Assembly: GCF_003966335.1 (NCBI RefSeq)
Contig: NZ_CP034549.1
Coordinates: forward strand, 2,070,001 to 2,102,000
DNA length: 32,000 nucleotides
Direction of reading: 5' to 3'
Source: Nonlabens ponticola
GTDB lineage: Bacteria; Bacteroidota; Bacteroidia; Flavobacteriales; Flavobacteriaceae
Under the pieces are notes generated by a model, which worked only from the letters and a program-made list of their open reading frames with translations, was not told where the DNA came from and ran no database searches. Positions 8,401 to 17,317 of this stretch are shown here, one piece after another. Position 1 is the stretch's first letter. Every line of letters starts with the position of its first letter. Both the position numbers and the translations under genes were made by a program.

Positions 8401-10816
8401 AAAGAGAAACAATGCAGACGGTTTTCATTTCTTCATTAGAAATGATAACAAATTGGGCGTTTATTGGAATAATGGCACAGCACAAAGCCTTGTTTCCAAT
8501 ACCGCATTATCAAATAACGCATGGAGACATGTAGCGGTTACATTCAATGGTTCTCAAGTAAAATTGTACATAGATGGCGTCCTTGATAGGCAAGCAAATC
8601 GCACCGCTCCTATTGTAAATTCAAACATCATGTCCTTAGGTGCTCGCAAAAGGGCAAAAAATAATATCGTAAACAACTTTAAAGGTAAACTCGACGAGGT
8701 GCGTATCTGGAATCAAGCTTTGACTCAGGATCAATTAAGATATGTCATGAATCAAGAATTAGAAGATAATTCAAGTTTTGTAAGCGGTAAAATCATGCCT
8801 CTTGATGTGACCAAAGATGTCATTAAAACCGTTGACTGGAACAACCTACAGGCATATTACGACATGAACACCTTTATAGGTACAGCACTTAATGATCATT
8901 CATTGAATAAAAGCCATGGTCAACTAGCCTATGAAGATGAGTACACCATGACGCAGCAAACCGCACCACTACCTTATGTGACTGCGTCAAGTGGATCTTG
9001 GGAAGATTCCGTAAACTGGGAAAATGGTAATGAGCTATTTATACCAGGTACCACAAGAGTCATCAATGGTAATACGGTATCAATTGACTGGAATATTGTA
9101 CAAACTAGACACGATATAAACATCAACTCAACTGATGCTACTTTGCTAGGATTATTTGTAGAATCAAATGAATTGAGCGTGAATAATGACCACGGTCTTA
9201 CAGTAACTCATTACCTAAAATTAGATGGTATTATTGATCTTGTAGGAGAATCACAGTTAGTCCAGACAGACTTAAGTGACTTTGACCCTACATCAAGTGG
9301 TACTTTAGAAAGAGATCAACAAGGAACTTATGACAAGTACAATTACAATTATTGGTCATCGCCAGTAAGCTACCTAAATAATTCAACTATAAATGATGGA
9401 TACGATATTGAGACCGTCATGAAAGATGGTACTGATGTTAATAATCCAGTAACACTCAATTTTACTCCAGAATCTCAAGGTGATGGCGCACCGGCAAGCG
9501 GTTCAACAGCCGCTACAATATCAGGAAGATGGTTGTATAAGTATGCTAACTTGACTTCAGGCACCTATTCTAACTGGCAATATGTTGGTAAGGATGGCGC
9601 GCTCAACGCTGCCGAAGGTTTTACTATGAAAGGTACTGGCAGCAGCGCAGATCAAAATTATGTGTTTGTGGGAAAACCTAACAATGGTGATATTGAACTA
9701 GACATTTTTAATGGTAACGACTACCTAGTTGGTAACCCATACCCTAGCGCCATGGATTCTCATGAGTTTATTATGGACAATCCAGATCTTGATGGGACAC
9801 TATACTTCTGGGAACATTGGGGTGGCAATTCTCACACGCTTGCAGAATATCAAGGTGGTTATGCTATGTATAATTTATCTGGTAGCACTCCTAATGCTAC
9901 CATGGGAACCTCTAGCCCATTGGTGAATCAAGGTGGTGTTGCTACAAAACTTCCAGGTCGTTACATTCCTGTCGCTCAAGGATTTTTTGTCACAGGAACA
10001 AGAGATGGTAAAATCAATTTTGCTAACTCACAACGCGTATTTGAGAAGGAAAGTTTTGGAAATAGCATCTTTGTTTCTGCACCTGTTAGTGACAACAGTA
10101 ATACCGCCCAAATGTATCAAGCTCAAGAAGATGATCGTACTAAAATACGTCTGGGCTTCAATTCTCCTCAAGGCATTCACCGACAATTATTATTGACGAT
10201 TGACCCTAATGCAACCATGGGATATGATCGTGGTTATGATGGTCGATTGTTTGAAAACCAAATAGATGACATGGCATTTCTAGTAGACAATTCTAGAGTT
10301 TCCATTCAAGGCATCCCTAATTCAGGAGAATCCATAGAATTACCATTGAGCGTAAAAATGGGCGACCAAGGTTATATGGAAATTATTATTGATCACCTAG
10401 AGAATGTAAGTGATGACACAGAACTTTTCCTACTAGACAAGAAAACAAATACCTATCATAACTTGAGAGAAGAGTCCTATAAAAGTCCATTTTTATACAC
10501 GGGTACTTACAAGGATAGGTTTGCTCTTACCTTCAAGATGCCACAAACATTGAGCAATGATGATATTACAGATAACAACGCGATTAAGGTTTACACGCCA
10601 GCGTCCAATCAGTTCATCGTTATTGAATCAAACAATGCCCAAAAGATTGAATATGTAGAACTTATAAACATGTTGGGTCAGCGAGTAATGAATATGGATA
10701 CCATGAATAACACAGGTCGTATTGAGGTTCCTAGAGCAGGATTGAGCAGTGGAACTTACGTTGTAAAGATGAACAGCGGCAGCGACTCTCAATCAACCAA
10801 AGTTATTCTAAGATAA
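5459..10816 (+). CDS. giant secreted multidomain surface protein (1785 aa) with a T9SS C-terminal sorting domain
   Basis: Signal peptide MKLITLQKFTIALLFLSLSLSGQ. An Ig-like 'choice-of-anchor D'-type segment at about 5900-6240. A MAM-like segment at about 6290-6820 (NFETNLVGWTT...VDNMIVSG). A LamG / concanavalin-A-like domain at about 8266-8760 (LEFDGIDDYVE...GKLDEVRIWNQALTQDQL). A Por/T9SS CTD at about 10580-10813 (...LINMLGQRV...GTYVVKMNSG...KVILR). Confidence 0.85.
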   Translation: MKLITLQKFTIALLFLSLSLSGQTSYVEVEAFFENGDSFQAAQIFDSAGNVVLTVCDDANCYDGTTQNNYSIAGNIGCIANGTYTLRTYDRSPDGNWNGNSFFRIVVAGVEVVNRSHTSGTQTQDNTFSISGGGTQCAADINIQGAGNDIIDGDTTPSINDGTDHGNVTVSQTSTKTFIVQNTGTNDLNLNSGTPVQISGADAADFSITSLPASTISGGGNSTFEITYTARSTAPYTSNATVTIANNDPDEGSYSFNISGNTTRDLSNFPLTNIAYYNFETNLVGWTTAGTNLTWVVGRNAEKGEGDYAYTSNFNDYPSNSSAYLISPIISTVGFDNLELSLDFFTNTADAEDGMRVEYSPDGGASWFVLGSTTSGSNWYDTTTVTGISATANAWTGLSSTLDSSISRFETGKHELPATLENNPNVQIRVLFAANGSGNSDGVAVDNMIVSGRPLTYSAPLVGPANETSQLSLWLDASTLSAANGSKLTQWDDQAENNNAAETTANAPTYTDNVNDNVNFNPAVTFDRSQGQHMRGSGGFNSQDYWIVVRSTLDISNELADETLLLGSKYSVDNSSNDPSGLGWGTVSIRYDDEVLAHSIDPVSQSDVNTPSYGRAFTDASRRFDDVNIINVKTNAAGTQTELYINGRRVDNTTGQTTQSFEQLLFNEFTNTPYYLGVGRYTLTGLPFESHLDGQITEVISFRDSRSAAAQQKIFSYLAIKNGVSLHNPNSALTIDDHIANWDYVNSDNTVIWDASANTTHNYDVAAIGRDDVLGLEQKQSQSENSTSILSIGLVNVTDLGTQNSNAFLSDKQFLIWGHDNGSLAKSPADINHTVGTTISVPTQMTRINRSWKIHEVGSGDIEVAEVRVPTSAFASLGAISGDQERVLIIADDANFTSNVRTVFFKTDGIYERVKVDIDGVKYFTLGKADVVYSAQGLEFDGIDDYVEILGGNDISTSFTVSSWVKSTGSNNTNSVKTIVAKRNNADGFHFFIRNDNKLGVYWNNGTAQSLVSNTALSNNAWRHVAVTFNGSQVKLYIDGVLDRQANRTAPIVNSNIMSLGARKRAKNNIVNNFKGKLDEVRIWNQALTQDQLRYVMNQELEDNSSFVSGKIMPLDVTKDVIKTVDWNNLQAYYDMNTFIGTALNDHSLNKSHGQLAYEDEYTMTQQTAPLPYVTASSGSWEDSVNWENGNELFIPGTTRVINGNTVSIDWNIVQTRHDININSTDATLLGLFVESNELSVNNDHGLTVTHYLKLDGIIDLVGESQLVQTDLSDFDPTSSGTLERDQQGTYDKYNYNYWSSPVSYLNNSTINDGYDIETVMKDGTDVNNPVTLNFTPESQGDGAPASGSTAATISGRWLYKYANLTSGTYSNWQYVGKDGALNAAEGFTMKGTGSSADQNYVFVGKPNNGDIELDIFNGNDYLVGNPYPSAMDSHEFIMDNPDLDGTLYFWEHWGGNSHTLAEYQGGYAMYNLSGSTPNATMGTSSPLVNQGGVATKLPGRYIPVAQGFFVTGTRDGKINFANSQRVFEKESFGNSIFVSAPVSDNSNTAQMYQAQEDDRTKIRLGFNSPQGIHRQLLLTIDPNATMGYDRGYDGRLFENQIDDMAFLVDNSRVSIQGIPNSGESIELPLSVKMGDQGYMEIIIDHLENVSDDTELFLLDKKTNTYHNLREESYKSPFLYTGTYKDRFALTFKMPQTLSNDDITDNNAIKVYTPASNQFIVIESNNAQKIEYVELINMLGQRVMNMDTMNNTGRIEVPRAGLSSGTYVVKMNSGSDSQSTKVILR

Positions 10817-12178
10817 TCTACTGATAATATCGCCAGGAGTAAGTGATTGTTGCTCGCCAGTAAGCATATTCTTTAGAGTAAGTTTACCAGCTGCAATTTC
10901 ATCTTCGCCAGCTAGAACGACATAAGGAATAGCGTTCTTGTCGGCATAGGTCATTTGCTTTTTCATCTTTGCATCGTCTGGATAAAGCTCTGTTTTGATT
11001 CCGCTTTCGCGAAAGCGGAACACCCAATCAACACAGTAACTAGCTTCTTGCTTTCCAAAATTGATAAACAATACCTGCACGCCAGCTCTCACGGTTTCTG
11101 GAAAAAGATCCAGTTCTTCAAGAACTAGATAGATACGATCCAATCCAAAACTGATGCCAACGCCGCTCATATCCTTCATACCAAAAATACTGGTCAAATC
11201 GTCATAACGGCCACCGCCACTGATGCTTCCCATGCTTACTCCATGAGGAGCAGCAACTTCAAAGATGCAACCCGTATAATAATTGAGGCCTCTAGCCAGT
11301 GTTATGTCTAGGTCTAATAAAGTGGTTTTGAGTCCTAATGTTGAGACATGATCAAGCACCGTTTCAACCTCAATGATACCTTCTTGACCTGTTGTTGATG
11401 TCTGGAGTAACTCTTTCATTACTACCAGCTTTTCTTGAGCAGTACCAACAAGAGCAAACACGGGCGATAATTGGTCAATAGCATCACGGCTTATGCCTTT
11501 ATCAATCATCTCTTGCTTAACCTTGTCCTCTCCTATTTTATCAAGCTTATCAAGAGCAACTGTAAAATCAATGAGCTTATCCTGCGCACCGATTACTTCG
11601 GCAATTCCAGCTAAAATTTTGCGATTGTTTATTTTGATGGTGCAGCCGTTCAATCCTAAATCTGAATAGACATCGTCAAATAGTTTCACTAGCTCTACTT
11701 CTTGTAGCAAACTATCGCTACCTACAACATCTGCATCGCATTGTGTGAATTCCCTGTATCTACCTTTTTGCGGTCTATCGGCACGCCAGACGTTTTGAAT
11801 CTGGTATCTTTTGAAGGGAAAAGCAATCTCATTCTGGTGTTGCACAACATATCTCGCAAATGGTACAGTAAGATCATATTTTAAGGCACGGTCGCTAATC
11901 ACGCTTGTGATTTTTGTCTCATCCTTATCAGCTAATAAGGCTGAGTCTACTTTTCTTAAATACTCACCATTATTAAGCACCTTAAAAATCAAACGATCAC
12001 CTTCATCTCCATACTTACCCATCAAGGTCTCGCTATTTTCAAAGCTAGGCGTCTCAATAGGCATAAAACCATACAGCTCAAAATGCTTCTTGATCGTATC
12101 GATGATATAGGATCTGCGCGATACTTCCAGCGGATTGAAATCTCTTGTACCTTTAGGTATAGACGGTTTTTGTGCCAT
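10808..12178 (-). CDS. hisS: histidine--tRNA ligase
   Basis: PKGTRDF near the N-terminus, class II aaRS motifs (FRYERPQKGRYREF-like WRADRPQKGRYREFTQCD, GGGRYD), and a C-terminal anticodon-binding domain. Length is 456 aa. Confidence 0.95.
   Translation of the reverse strand: MAQKPSIPKGTRDFNPLEVSRRSYIIDTIKKHFELYGFMPIETPSFENSETLMGKYGDEGDRLIFKVLNNGEYLRKVDSALLADKDETKITSVISDRALKYDLTVPFARYVVQHQNEIAFPFKRYQIQNVWRADRPQKGRYREFTQCDADVVGSDSLLQEVELVKLFDDVYSDLGLNGCTIKINNRKILAGIAEVIGAQDKLIDFTVALDKLDKIGEDKVKQEMIDKGISRDAIDQLSPVFALVGTAQEKLVVMKELLQTSTTGQEGIIEVETVLDHVSTLGLKTTLLDLDITLARGLNYYTGCIFEVAAPHGVSMGSISGGGRYDDLTSIFGMKDMSGVGISFGLDRIYLVLEELDLFPETVRAGVQVLFINFGKQEASYCVDWVFRFRESGIKTELYPDDAKMKKQMTYADKNAIPYVVLAGEDEIAAGKLTLKNMLTGEQQSLTPGDIISRLS
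10999..11020. repeat. palindrome copy 3: TTCCGCTTTCGCGAAAGCGGAA (22 bp perfect, core 11003-11016)
   Basis: Read directly. It lies inside hisS (minus strand), read as R-F-R-E-S-G in the anticodon-binding domain. Confidence 0.95.
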
Positions 12179-12314
12179 GGTTTAATTTGAAGTGCAAATA
12201 TAAAAAGCTAGAACCGTACCTACACGACGATCATGTTCTAATACAGGAGAGTCATCACTTTAATTATTCTCTGTATTACTGTAACTTTTACCATTGTAAA
12301 CAGTCAAACAAACC

Positions 12315-13559
12315 ATGAAGGGATTACTACGCGAGAATATTAGTATTGCTCAAGGAAGCATCAAGGGTCAACTGCTTCGCACCATTCTTACGGTTTTTAT
12401 TATTGCTATAGGTATCACGGCACTTGTAGGTATCTTGAGTGCGGTCAATGCGCTAGAAACCAACTTAGCAAGTGGATTTTCTGGAATAGGAACTAATACG
12501 TTTAACATACAACGTTATGAACGATCGTTCAATAGACGCGGTGGCGGCGAGGAACGAAAGATAAATCCCATCATAAGTTACAGCGATGTACGAGAGTTTG
12601 AAACAAAATTTGAGTACCCTTATTCTCAGGTAGGAACCAGTTTTCAAGCCACCTCACAAGCTGAGGTAAAAAGCGGTGATGAAAAAACCAAACCTAAAGT
12701 AATTGTTACTGGAGTCAATGAAAATTACATCGAGAACAGCGGCACGACCATTCTAGAAGGTCGTGGTTTCTCAAATCTTGACATTGAGAACAACGCTCGC
12801 GTTTGCCTTATAGGTAGTGATATGGAAGATGCCTTGTTCAATGGCTTAAACCCAATTGGCCAGCAATTATCCATAAGAGGTAACAAGTTTAGAGTTATAG
12901 GTTTACTGGAAGAAAAGGGTTCTACCTTTGGTAATAATGTTGACCTTAGAGTATTGATTCCTATAGGTATCGCTCGTGGGATTTATACGGCTCCCAATAT
13001 AAATTATGAATTAAGTGTCAAGGTACGCGACAAGCAGCTTTTGGAAGGTGCACAAGACCGCGCCATTGTTACTATGCGCAATGTTCGTGGACTGGAGCCG
13101 CTCGACGAAAACAACTTTGGAATTATTAAACGTGATGAATTATTGTCATCGCTTAATGAAGCAAGCACTGCACTCAACGCCGCAGCCATCATTATTAGTG
13201 TAATAACCATCTTTGGATCCAGTATCGCGCTTATGAATATCATGCTCGTATCAGTAACAGAGCGTACTAGAGAAATAGGAGTGCGCAAAGCTCTAGGTGC
13301 AAAACGTAGTACTATCTCATGGCAATTTTTTATTGAAACGCTACTTATAAGTCAATACGGCAGTATTCTAGGAATCTTATTAGGAATGTTGATCGGTTGG
13401 ATTGTATCGTCAGCCGTATTTGATATACCGTTTGAAATTCCATGGGGTGCGATTATCGCAGCGACGATCATATCTATTGTAATTGCAATTTTCTCTGGTA
13501 TCATACCAGCGATAAAAGCTGCAAGGCTCGATCCTATTGAGGCATTGAGATATGAATAA
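12315..13559 (+). CDS. ABC transporter permease, MacB/FtsX-like
   Basis: N-terminal TM helix, a large periplasmic MacB-type core, and a C-terminal FtsX 3-TM bundle with ...ERTREIGVRKALGA.... No ATPase gene is adjacent. Confidence 0.8.
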   Translation: MKGLLRENISIAQGSIKGQLLRTILTVFIIAIGITALVGILSAVNALETNLASGFSGIGTNTFNIQRYERSFNRRGGGEERKINPIISYSDVREFETKFEYPYSQVGTSFQATSQAEVKSGDEKTKPKVIVTGVNENYIENSGTTILEGRGFSNLDIENNARVCLIGSDMEDALFNGLNPIGQQLSIRGNKFRVIGLLEEKGSTFGNNVDLRVLIPIGIARGIYTAPNINYELSVKVRDKQLLEGAQDRAIVTMRNVRGLEPLDENNFGIIKRDELLSSLNEASTALNAAAIIISVITIFGSSIALMNIMLVSVTERTREIGVRKALGAKRSTISWQFFIETLLISQYGSILGILLGMLIGWIVSSAVFDIPFEIPWGAIIAATIISIVIAIFSGIIPAIKAARLDPIEALRYE

Positions 13560-13634
13560 CAACATGGATTAAGTTAGAGTTAAGCTAATTAGACTTATAA
13601 GCCTAATAGATGTATTAGCTTTAAAATAAAAATC

Positions 13635-13922
13635 ATGAAACGTACACTACTCAACCTCTCACTATTCTCAATGATGGTCATAGGTGTTATATCTTGTGGC
13701 GACGATAAGACCAAACTTGAAAAGCTAGAAGAAGAACTTGAGCAAAGATCTGACGACCTAGAAGACGCTGCAGATGATATAGGCAACGCTGCCGAAGATA
13801 TCGAGGATGCGCTCAAGAGCTTTGAAGATGCCTTACAAGAAGTTGAAAACGCCGAGGATCGCGCTGCCATACGAGAGCGCGTCAATAAGATATTTGACGA
13901 GATGGACGTGCGCTTGCAATAA
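13635..13922 (+). CDS. small acidic lipoprotein, hypothetical
   Basis: Signal peptide with lipobox (VISC). The mature part is very D/E-rich and helical (EDAADDIGNAAEDIEDALKSFEDALQEVENAED). A strong terminator follows. Confidence 0.6.
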   Translation: MKRTLLNLSLFSMMVIGVISCGDDKTKLEKLEEELEQRSDDLEDAADDIGNAAEDIEDALKSFEDALQEVENAEDRAAIRERVNKIFDEMDVRLQ

Positions 13923-13945
13923 GCATTTACCACGATTAAAAACCA

Positions 13946-13980
13946 ATATCCCTAGGCGGTTGCCTAGGGATATTTTTTTT
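13946..13980 (+). terminator. rho-independent terminator
   Basis: A 12-bp stem, ATATCCCTAGGC-ggtt-GCCTAGGGATAT, followed by a run of eight T. Confidence 0.85.
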
Positions 13981-14137
13981 GAAGGTAATCGTTGATAAAA
14001 ATACATTAGCAGATAATTTCTAATCAAATTCTCGTTTATCTAGAGTTGGTAGAACCGCGATAGTGACTACAAACTCGTAAGCTACAGAATAGGTAGATTA
14101 CGATAATCACCTACCTTGTAAGTCTCTTTTGACCACT

Positions 14138-14677
14138 ATGAAGACTGATCACATTTTCATACAGCAATTTAAATCCAGGTTTGGCAAGTTGATCATAGGC
14201 GTTCACAATGATAAGTTATGCCTGTGCGACTGGAAATATCGAGCAAAAAGACAGCAAATAGATGAACGCATAAAGCAATATCTCAATGCAGAATTTGTGC
14301 AAAAAAATCATGAGCTGATAGATGAGACCGTCAATCAGCTTAATAAATATTTTATTGGAGATCTTCGATCATTTACAGTACCCATAAAATTGAGTGGTAC
14401 CGACTTTCAAAAAAGTGTTTGGAATGATTTAATGACGATTCCTTACGGCAAGACTTTGTCGTATGGTCAGCTTTCGCGAAAGCGTAACAATCCTAAAAGC
14501 ATTAGAGCAATCGCCGCAGCAAACAGTGCAAACGCCATATCGATCCTCATACCTTGTCATAGAATTATAGGCAGCGATGGCTCATTGGTAGGCTATGCTG
14601 GTGGCTTAAAAGCAAAAGAACAATTACTAAAATTGGAAGGCGTGGACTTAACTAACGGTCAGCAACAGCTGTTCTAA
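14138..14677 (+). CDS. ogt: methylated-DNA--protein-cysteine methyltransferase
   Basis: Active site IPCHRIIGSDGSLVGYAGG and the upstream helix-turn-helix segment. I prefer the ATG at 14138 over the TTG at 14129 used by the ORF track. Confidence 0.9.
   Translation: MKTDHIFIQQFKSRFGKLIIGVHNDKLCLCDWKYRAKRQQIDERIKQYLNAEFVQKNHELIDETVNQLNKYFIGDLRSFTVPIKLSGTDFQKSVWNDLMTIPYGKTLSYGQLSRKRNNPKSIRAIAAANSANAISILIPCHRIIGSDGSLVGYAGGLKAKEQLLKLEGVDLTNGQQQLF
14470..14483. repeat. palindrome copy 4: core GCTTTCGCGAAAGC only
   Basis: Read directly. It lies inside ogt, read as (Q)L-S-R-K-R. Confidence 0.95.
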
Positions 14678-15168
14678 AAACCATTTTTCTCATTACCCAT
14701 TTCCATGAGGTCGTCAAAATAACGGTATAAATCACCCTTTGTAATTGAGGCGCCAGTCTCGATGAGTTTGAACTTATCAGCATTGGCATCCTCACCATAG
14801 GACTTGTTTGCTGTAAAAATCTTTACCTCTTCATCCATTAGGTTTTTTTGTAACCATTGATAGCCAGTAGACGTAGTGATATCAATTTTATCATCACCTA
14901 CAATGATAGATATGAGTGACATCTGCTTTTCCTGAAGTTCAAAGAGATTCATAGTTTGCGGCGAGATATGTTCCAGGTATTGAGCGCTGGTAAGTACACG
15001 TTCCCAAACAAGATCAGAGAATATATCCAATTCATCTTCAGCTACTTGTGGTTTTTCTTTTTTAATCTTTTCCCACTCATCACCAGTAATTGATTGAGTC
15101 GCTAGAAAGGTGATAAATTCTTGATGTAGCTCTTCTAATTGTTCTTGTGTAAGTCTTCTATATTTCAT
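14674..15168 (-). CDS. conserved hypothetical cytoplasmic protein
   Basis: A clean 164-aa acidic ORF (MKYRRLTQEQLEELHQEFITFLA...) packed tightly between ogt and rplI. I do not confidently recognise a family. Confidence 0.55.
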   Translation of the reverse strand: MKYRRLTQEQLEELHQEFITFLATQSITGDEWEKIKKEKPQVAEDELDIFSDLVWERVLTSAQYLEHISPQTMNLFELQEKQMSLISIIVGDDKIDITTSTGYQWLQKNLMDEEVKIFTANKSYGEDANADKFKLIETGASITKGDLYRYFDDLMEMGNEKNGF

Positions 15169-15178
15169 GACATGCTAT

Positions 15179-15210
15179 AAAAAAACCGTCTTAGGAAAAC
15201 CCAAGACGGT
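15179..15210 (-). terminator. hairpin plus U-tract downstream of rplI
   Basis: The minus strand reads ACCGTCTT-(10 nt loop)-AAGACGGT followed by seven T, 10 nt before the next ATG at 15168. Confidence 0.65.
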
Positions 15211-15231
15211 AGTTGTAATTTTAGGAAGCAA

Positions 15232-15684
15232 TTAGTTTGCTGCTCCTACTACTTCAAAAGTAAATGTTGTCTGTACTGCTCTGTGAAAACGTACGGTTGC
15301 TTCATATTGTCCTAAACGCTTGATGTTACCACCAGCGATAGAGATAAACTTCTTGTCGATCTCGATACCTTCTTTTGCAAGTGCATCAGATACATCTGCT
15401 GTTGTAACAGATCCAAAGAGTTTATCACCTTCTCCAGCTTTTGCAGTCATTTTAAGGTCAAGATCTGAAAGTTTATCAGCTTGTTTCTGCGCTGCCTTGA
15501 TATTTGATTCTTCTTTGTGAGCGCGCTGCTTTAATGTTTCTGCAAGTTGCTTCTTTGCTCCGGTCGTTGCCATTGTAGCAAGACCTTGTGGTATTAAGAA
15601 GTTGCGACCATAACCAGGCTTAACTGTAACCACGTCGTCAGTAAAACCTAAGTGTTCTACGTCTTTTTTTAATATTAGTTCCAT
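15232..15684 (-). CDS. rplI: 50S ribosomal protein L9
   Basis: MELILKKDVEHLG...VTVKPGYGRNFLIPQGLA is the canonical L9 N-terminal domain. Length is 150 aa. Confidence 0.95.
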   Translation of the reverse strand: MELILKKDVEHLGFTDDVVTVKPGYGRNFLIPQGLATMATTGAKKQLAETLKQRAHKEESNIKAAQKQADKLSDLDLKMTAKAGEGDKLFGSVTTADVSDALAKEGIEIDKKFISIAGGNIKRLGQYEATVRFHRAVQTTFTFEVVGAAN

Positions 15685-15702
15685 TCTATAAGTCTGATTA
15701 AA

Positions 15703-15999
15703 TTATTTTAAAAGGTCTCCTACGTATGGCATAAGAGCTAGGTGGCGAGCACGCTTAACAGCTACTGCTACCTTGCGCTGATACTTAAGTGATGTACCTG
15801 TCAAACGACGTGGTAACAATTTACCTTGCTCGTTTACTAGTCCCATCAAGAAATCAGGATCCTTGTAATCTATGTATTTAATACCACTGCGTTGAAAACG
15901 GCAGTACTTTTTTCTCTCTTGAGTCTCTATCTTTAAAGGAGACAGGTAACGTATGTCACCGTCCTTTTTACCTTTAGCTTGTTGTTGTAATGTTGCCAT
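15703..15999 (-). CDS. rpsR: 30S ribosomal protein S18
   Basis: ...KKYCRF...IKYIDYKD...L...[29 protein letters not shown]. Length is 98 aa. Confidence 0.95.
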   Translation of the reverse strand: MATLQQQAKGKKDGDIRYLSPLKIETQERKKYCRFQRSGIKYIDYKDPDFLMGLVNEQGKLLPRRLTGTSLKYQRKVAVAVKRARHLALMPYVGDLLK

Positions 16000-16001
16000 G
16001 A

Positions 16002-16346
16002 TTAAGCTTTTGATTTTTTAGACATTCTACTTCTTCTCTTCTCTGCCCACTCAATAGCATATTTATCAAGTCTTACAGTAAGGTAACGCATGATGCGCTC
16101 ATCACGACGGAACTCAGTCTCATAATCGTTGATGATCTCACCAGGAGCTTCAAATTGGAAAAGGTGGTAGAAACCACTTTTCTTGTTCTCGATTGCATAG
16201 GCTAGTTTTTTCAAGCCCCAATCTTCTTTAGCTACCATTTTGGCACCTCGCTCAGTAAGGAAATTCTCAAACTTCTTTACTGTTTCCTTTACCTGGTCAT
16301 CAGATAAAACGGGATTCAAAATGAAAACAGTTTCGTATTGATTCAT
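16002..16346 (-). CDS. rpsF: 30S ribosomal protein S6
   Basis: [20 protein letters not shown]... and WG.KKLAY.I....G.Y. It is first in the rpsF-rpsR-rplI order. Confidence 0.95.
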   Translation of the reverse strand: MNQYETVFILNPVLSDDQVKETVKKFENFLTERGAKMVAKEDWGLKKLAYAIENKKSGFYHLFQFEAPGEIINDYETEFRRDERIMRYLTVRLDKYAIEWAEKRRSRMSKKSKA

Positions 16347-16368
16347 AATTTGTTATTTTAAACGGTTG

Positions 16369-16399
16369 CAAAAATACTTCTTTTCTACATTTTACACAA
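16369..16399 (-). promoter_or_regulatory. promoter candidate for the rpsF-rpsR-rplI operon
   Basis: On the minus strand, TTG (plus strand 16397-16399), a 20-nt spacer, then TATTTTTG (plus strand 16369-16376). It lies about 22 nt upstream of the rpsF ATG. Confidence 0.35.
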
Positions 16400-16556
16400 T
16401 AATAAATTTTAAGCAGATTTCTCCTTTTGCAGGCTTTAATCAGCGATAATGATGATTCGTTATAGAACTTATAAAAATCGATTAAATACATTTATTACTT
16501 GCAAAACCAATTTAAACATATTAGTATTGTATGGTTAACTTAATTTGGGGAAATAG

Positions 16557-17261
16557 ATGACTGATACTATACTTAAGTGTTTTGTAGTAGATGATTCCAG
16601 CATTCAAAGGCTGGCAATTGTTAAACTCATTGAGAATCACCCCAATCTCAAGCTTTCAGGAGAATTTAGCAATGCAATAGAAACCAAGGCAGCCATCAAG
16701 GATGCTGGCGTGGATCTCATCTTTCTAGATGTGGAAATGCCTATACTCACAGGATTTGACCTACTAGATGATATAACTGAAAAACCAGGTGTCATTTTTG
16801 TAACGGGTCAAACTAAGTATGCTTTCAAAGCATTTGACTATGCCGCCATTGACTATCTACAGAAGCCCATAAAAAAAGACCGTTTTCTATACGCAGTAGA
16901 ACGTGCCCTACTTTCTCACAAGATGCGCAACGAGATGGTCGAGGATAAGGGTGAGTTCATCTTTGTCAAGAGTAATTTAAAAAAACGTAAAGTTTACCTC
17001 AACGACCTTAAGTTTATTCAGGCATTAGGCGATTACGTAAAACTAATTACCGAAAATGAGAGCCTAGTAGTTCTTTCTACCATGAAAGCCTTTGAGCAAC
17101 AATTACCTAAAGAAGACTTCTTGCGCATTCACAAATCCTACATCGTGAACTTGAAACGTGTTGAAAAATTCAACAGCAAGGCGGTAGAGCTTGATAACGA
17201 GGTACTTCCATTGAGCCGAAACCGCAAGTCAGAGTTAGTTGAGGCGCTGTCGCAATTTTAA
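16557..17261 (+). CDS. LytR/AlgR (LytTR) family response regulator
   Basis: Receiver domain (VVDDS...IFLDVEMP) plus a C-terminal LytTR DNA-binding domain (...FLRIHKSYIVNL..V...). No histidine kinase gene is adjacent. Confidence 0.88.
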   Translation: MTDTILKCFVVDDSSIQRLAIVKLIENHPNLKLSGEFSNAIETKAAIKDAGVDLIFLDVEMPILTGFDLLDDITEKPGVIFVTGQTKYAFKAFDYAAIDYLQKPIKKDRFLYAVERALLSHKMRNEMVEDKGEFIFVKSNLKKRKVYLNDLKFIQALGDYVKLITENESLVVLSTMKAFEQQLPKEDFLRIHKSYIVNLKRVEKFNSKAVELDNEVLPLSRNRKSELVEALSQF

Positions 17262-17317
17262 TTTTCCAATTCTAATAGAGGATTTTACAGATGCAGGTGG
17301 CGTCATGATATTCTATT

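Noticed and set aside
12240-12278. An imperfect inverted repeat, AATACAGGAGA...TCTCTGTATT, upstream of the ABC permease gene as an operator or riboregulator
   Set aside because: It occurs only once, has a bulge and a 17-18-nt loop, and has no partner regulator nearby. That is too weak to call without comparative data.
13595-13933. Long antisense or overlapping ORFs from the six-frame track (for example 13595-13933, 1668-2012, 3667-3945, 5519-5824, 11811-12110, 13004-13288, 30080-30476, 31502-31753)
   Set aside because: Each lies entirely within a well-supported gene on the opposite strand or in another frame. Their products are low-complexity or Cys/Ser/Leu-rich, typical of shadow frames. 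None has a recognisable motif.
16347-16556. A structured rpsF (S6:S18) autoregulatory leader or other ncRNA in the 210-bp rpsF / response-regulator divergent region
   Set aside because: The best promoter match leaves only about 15-20 nt of 5' UTR. The region is very A/T-rich and I can fold no convincing conserved helices by eye. A covariance-model scan would be needed.
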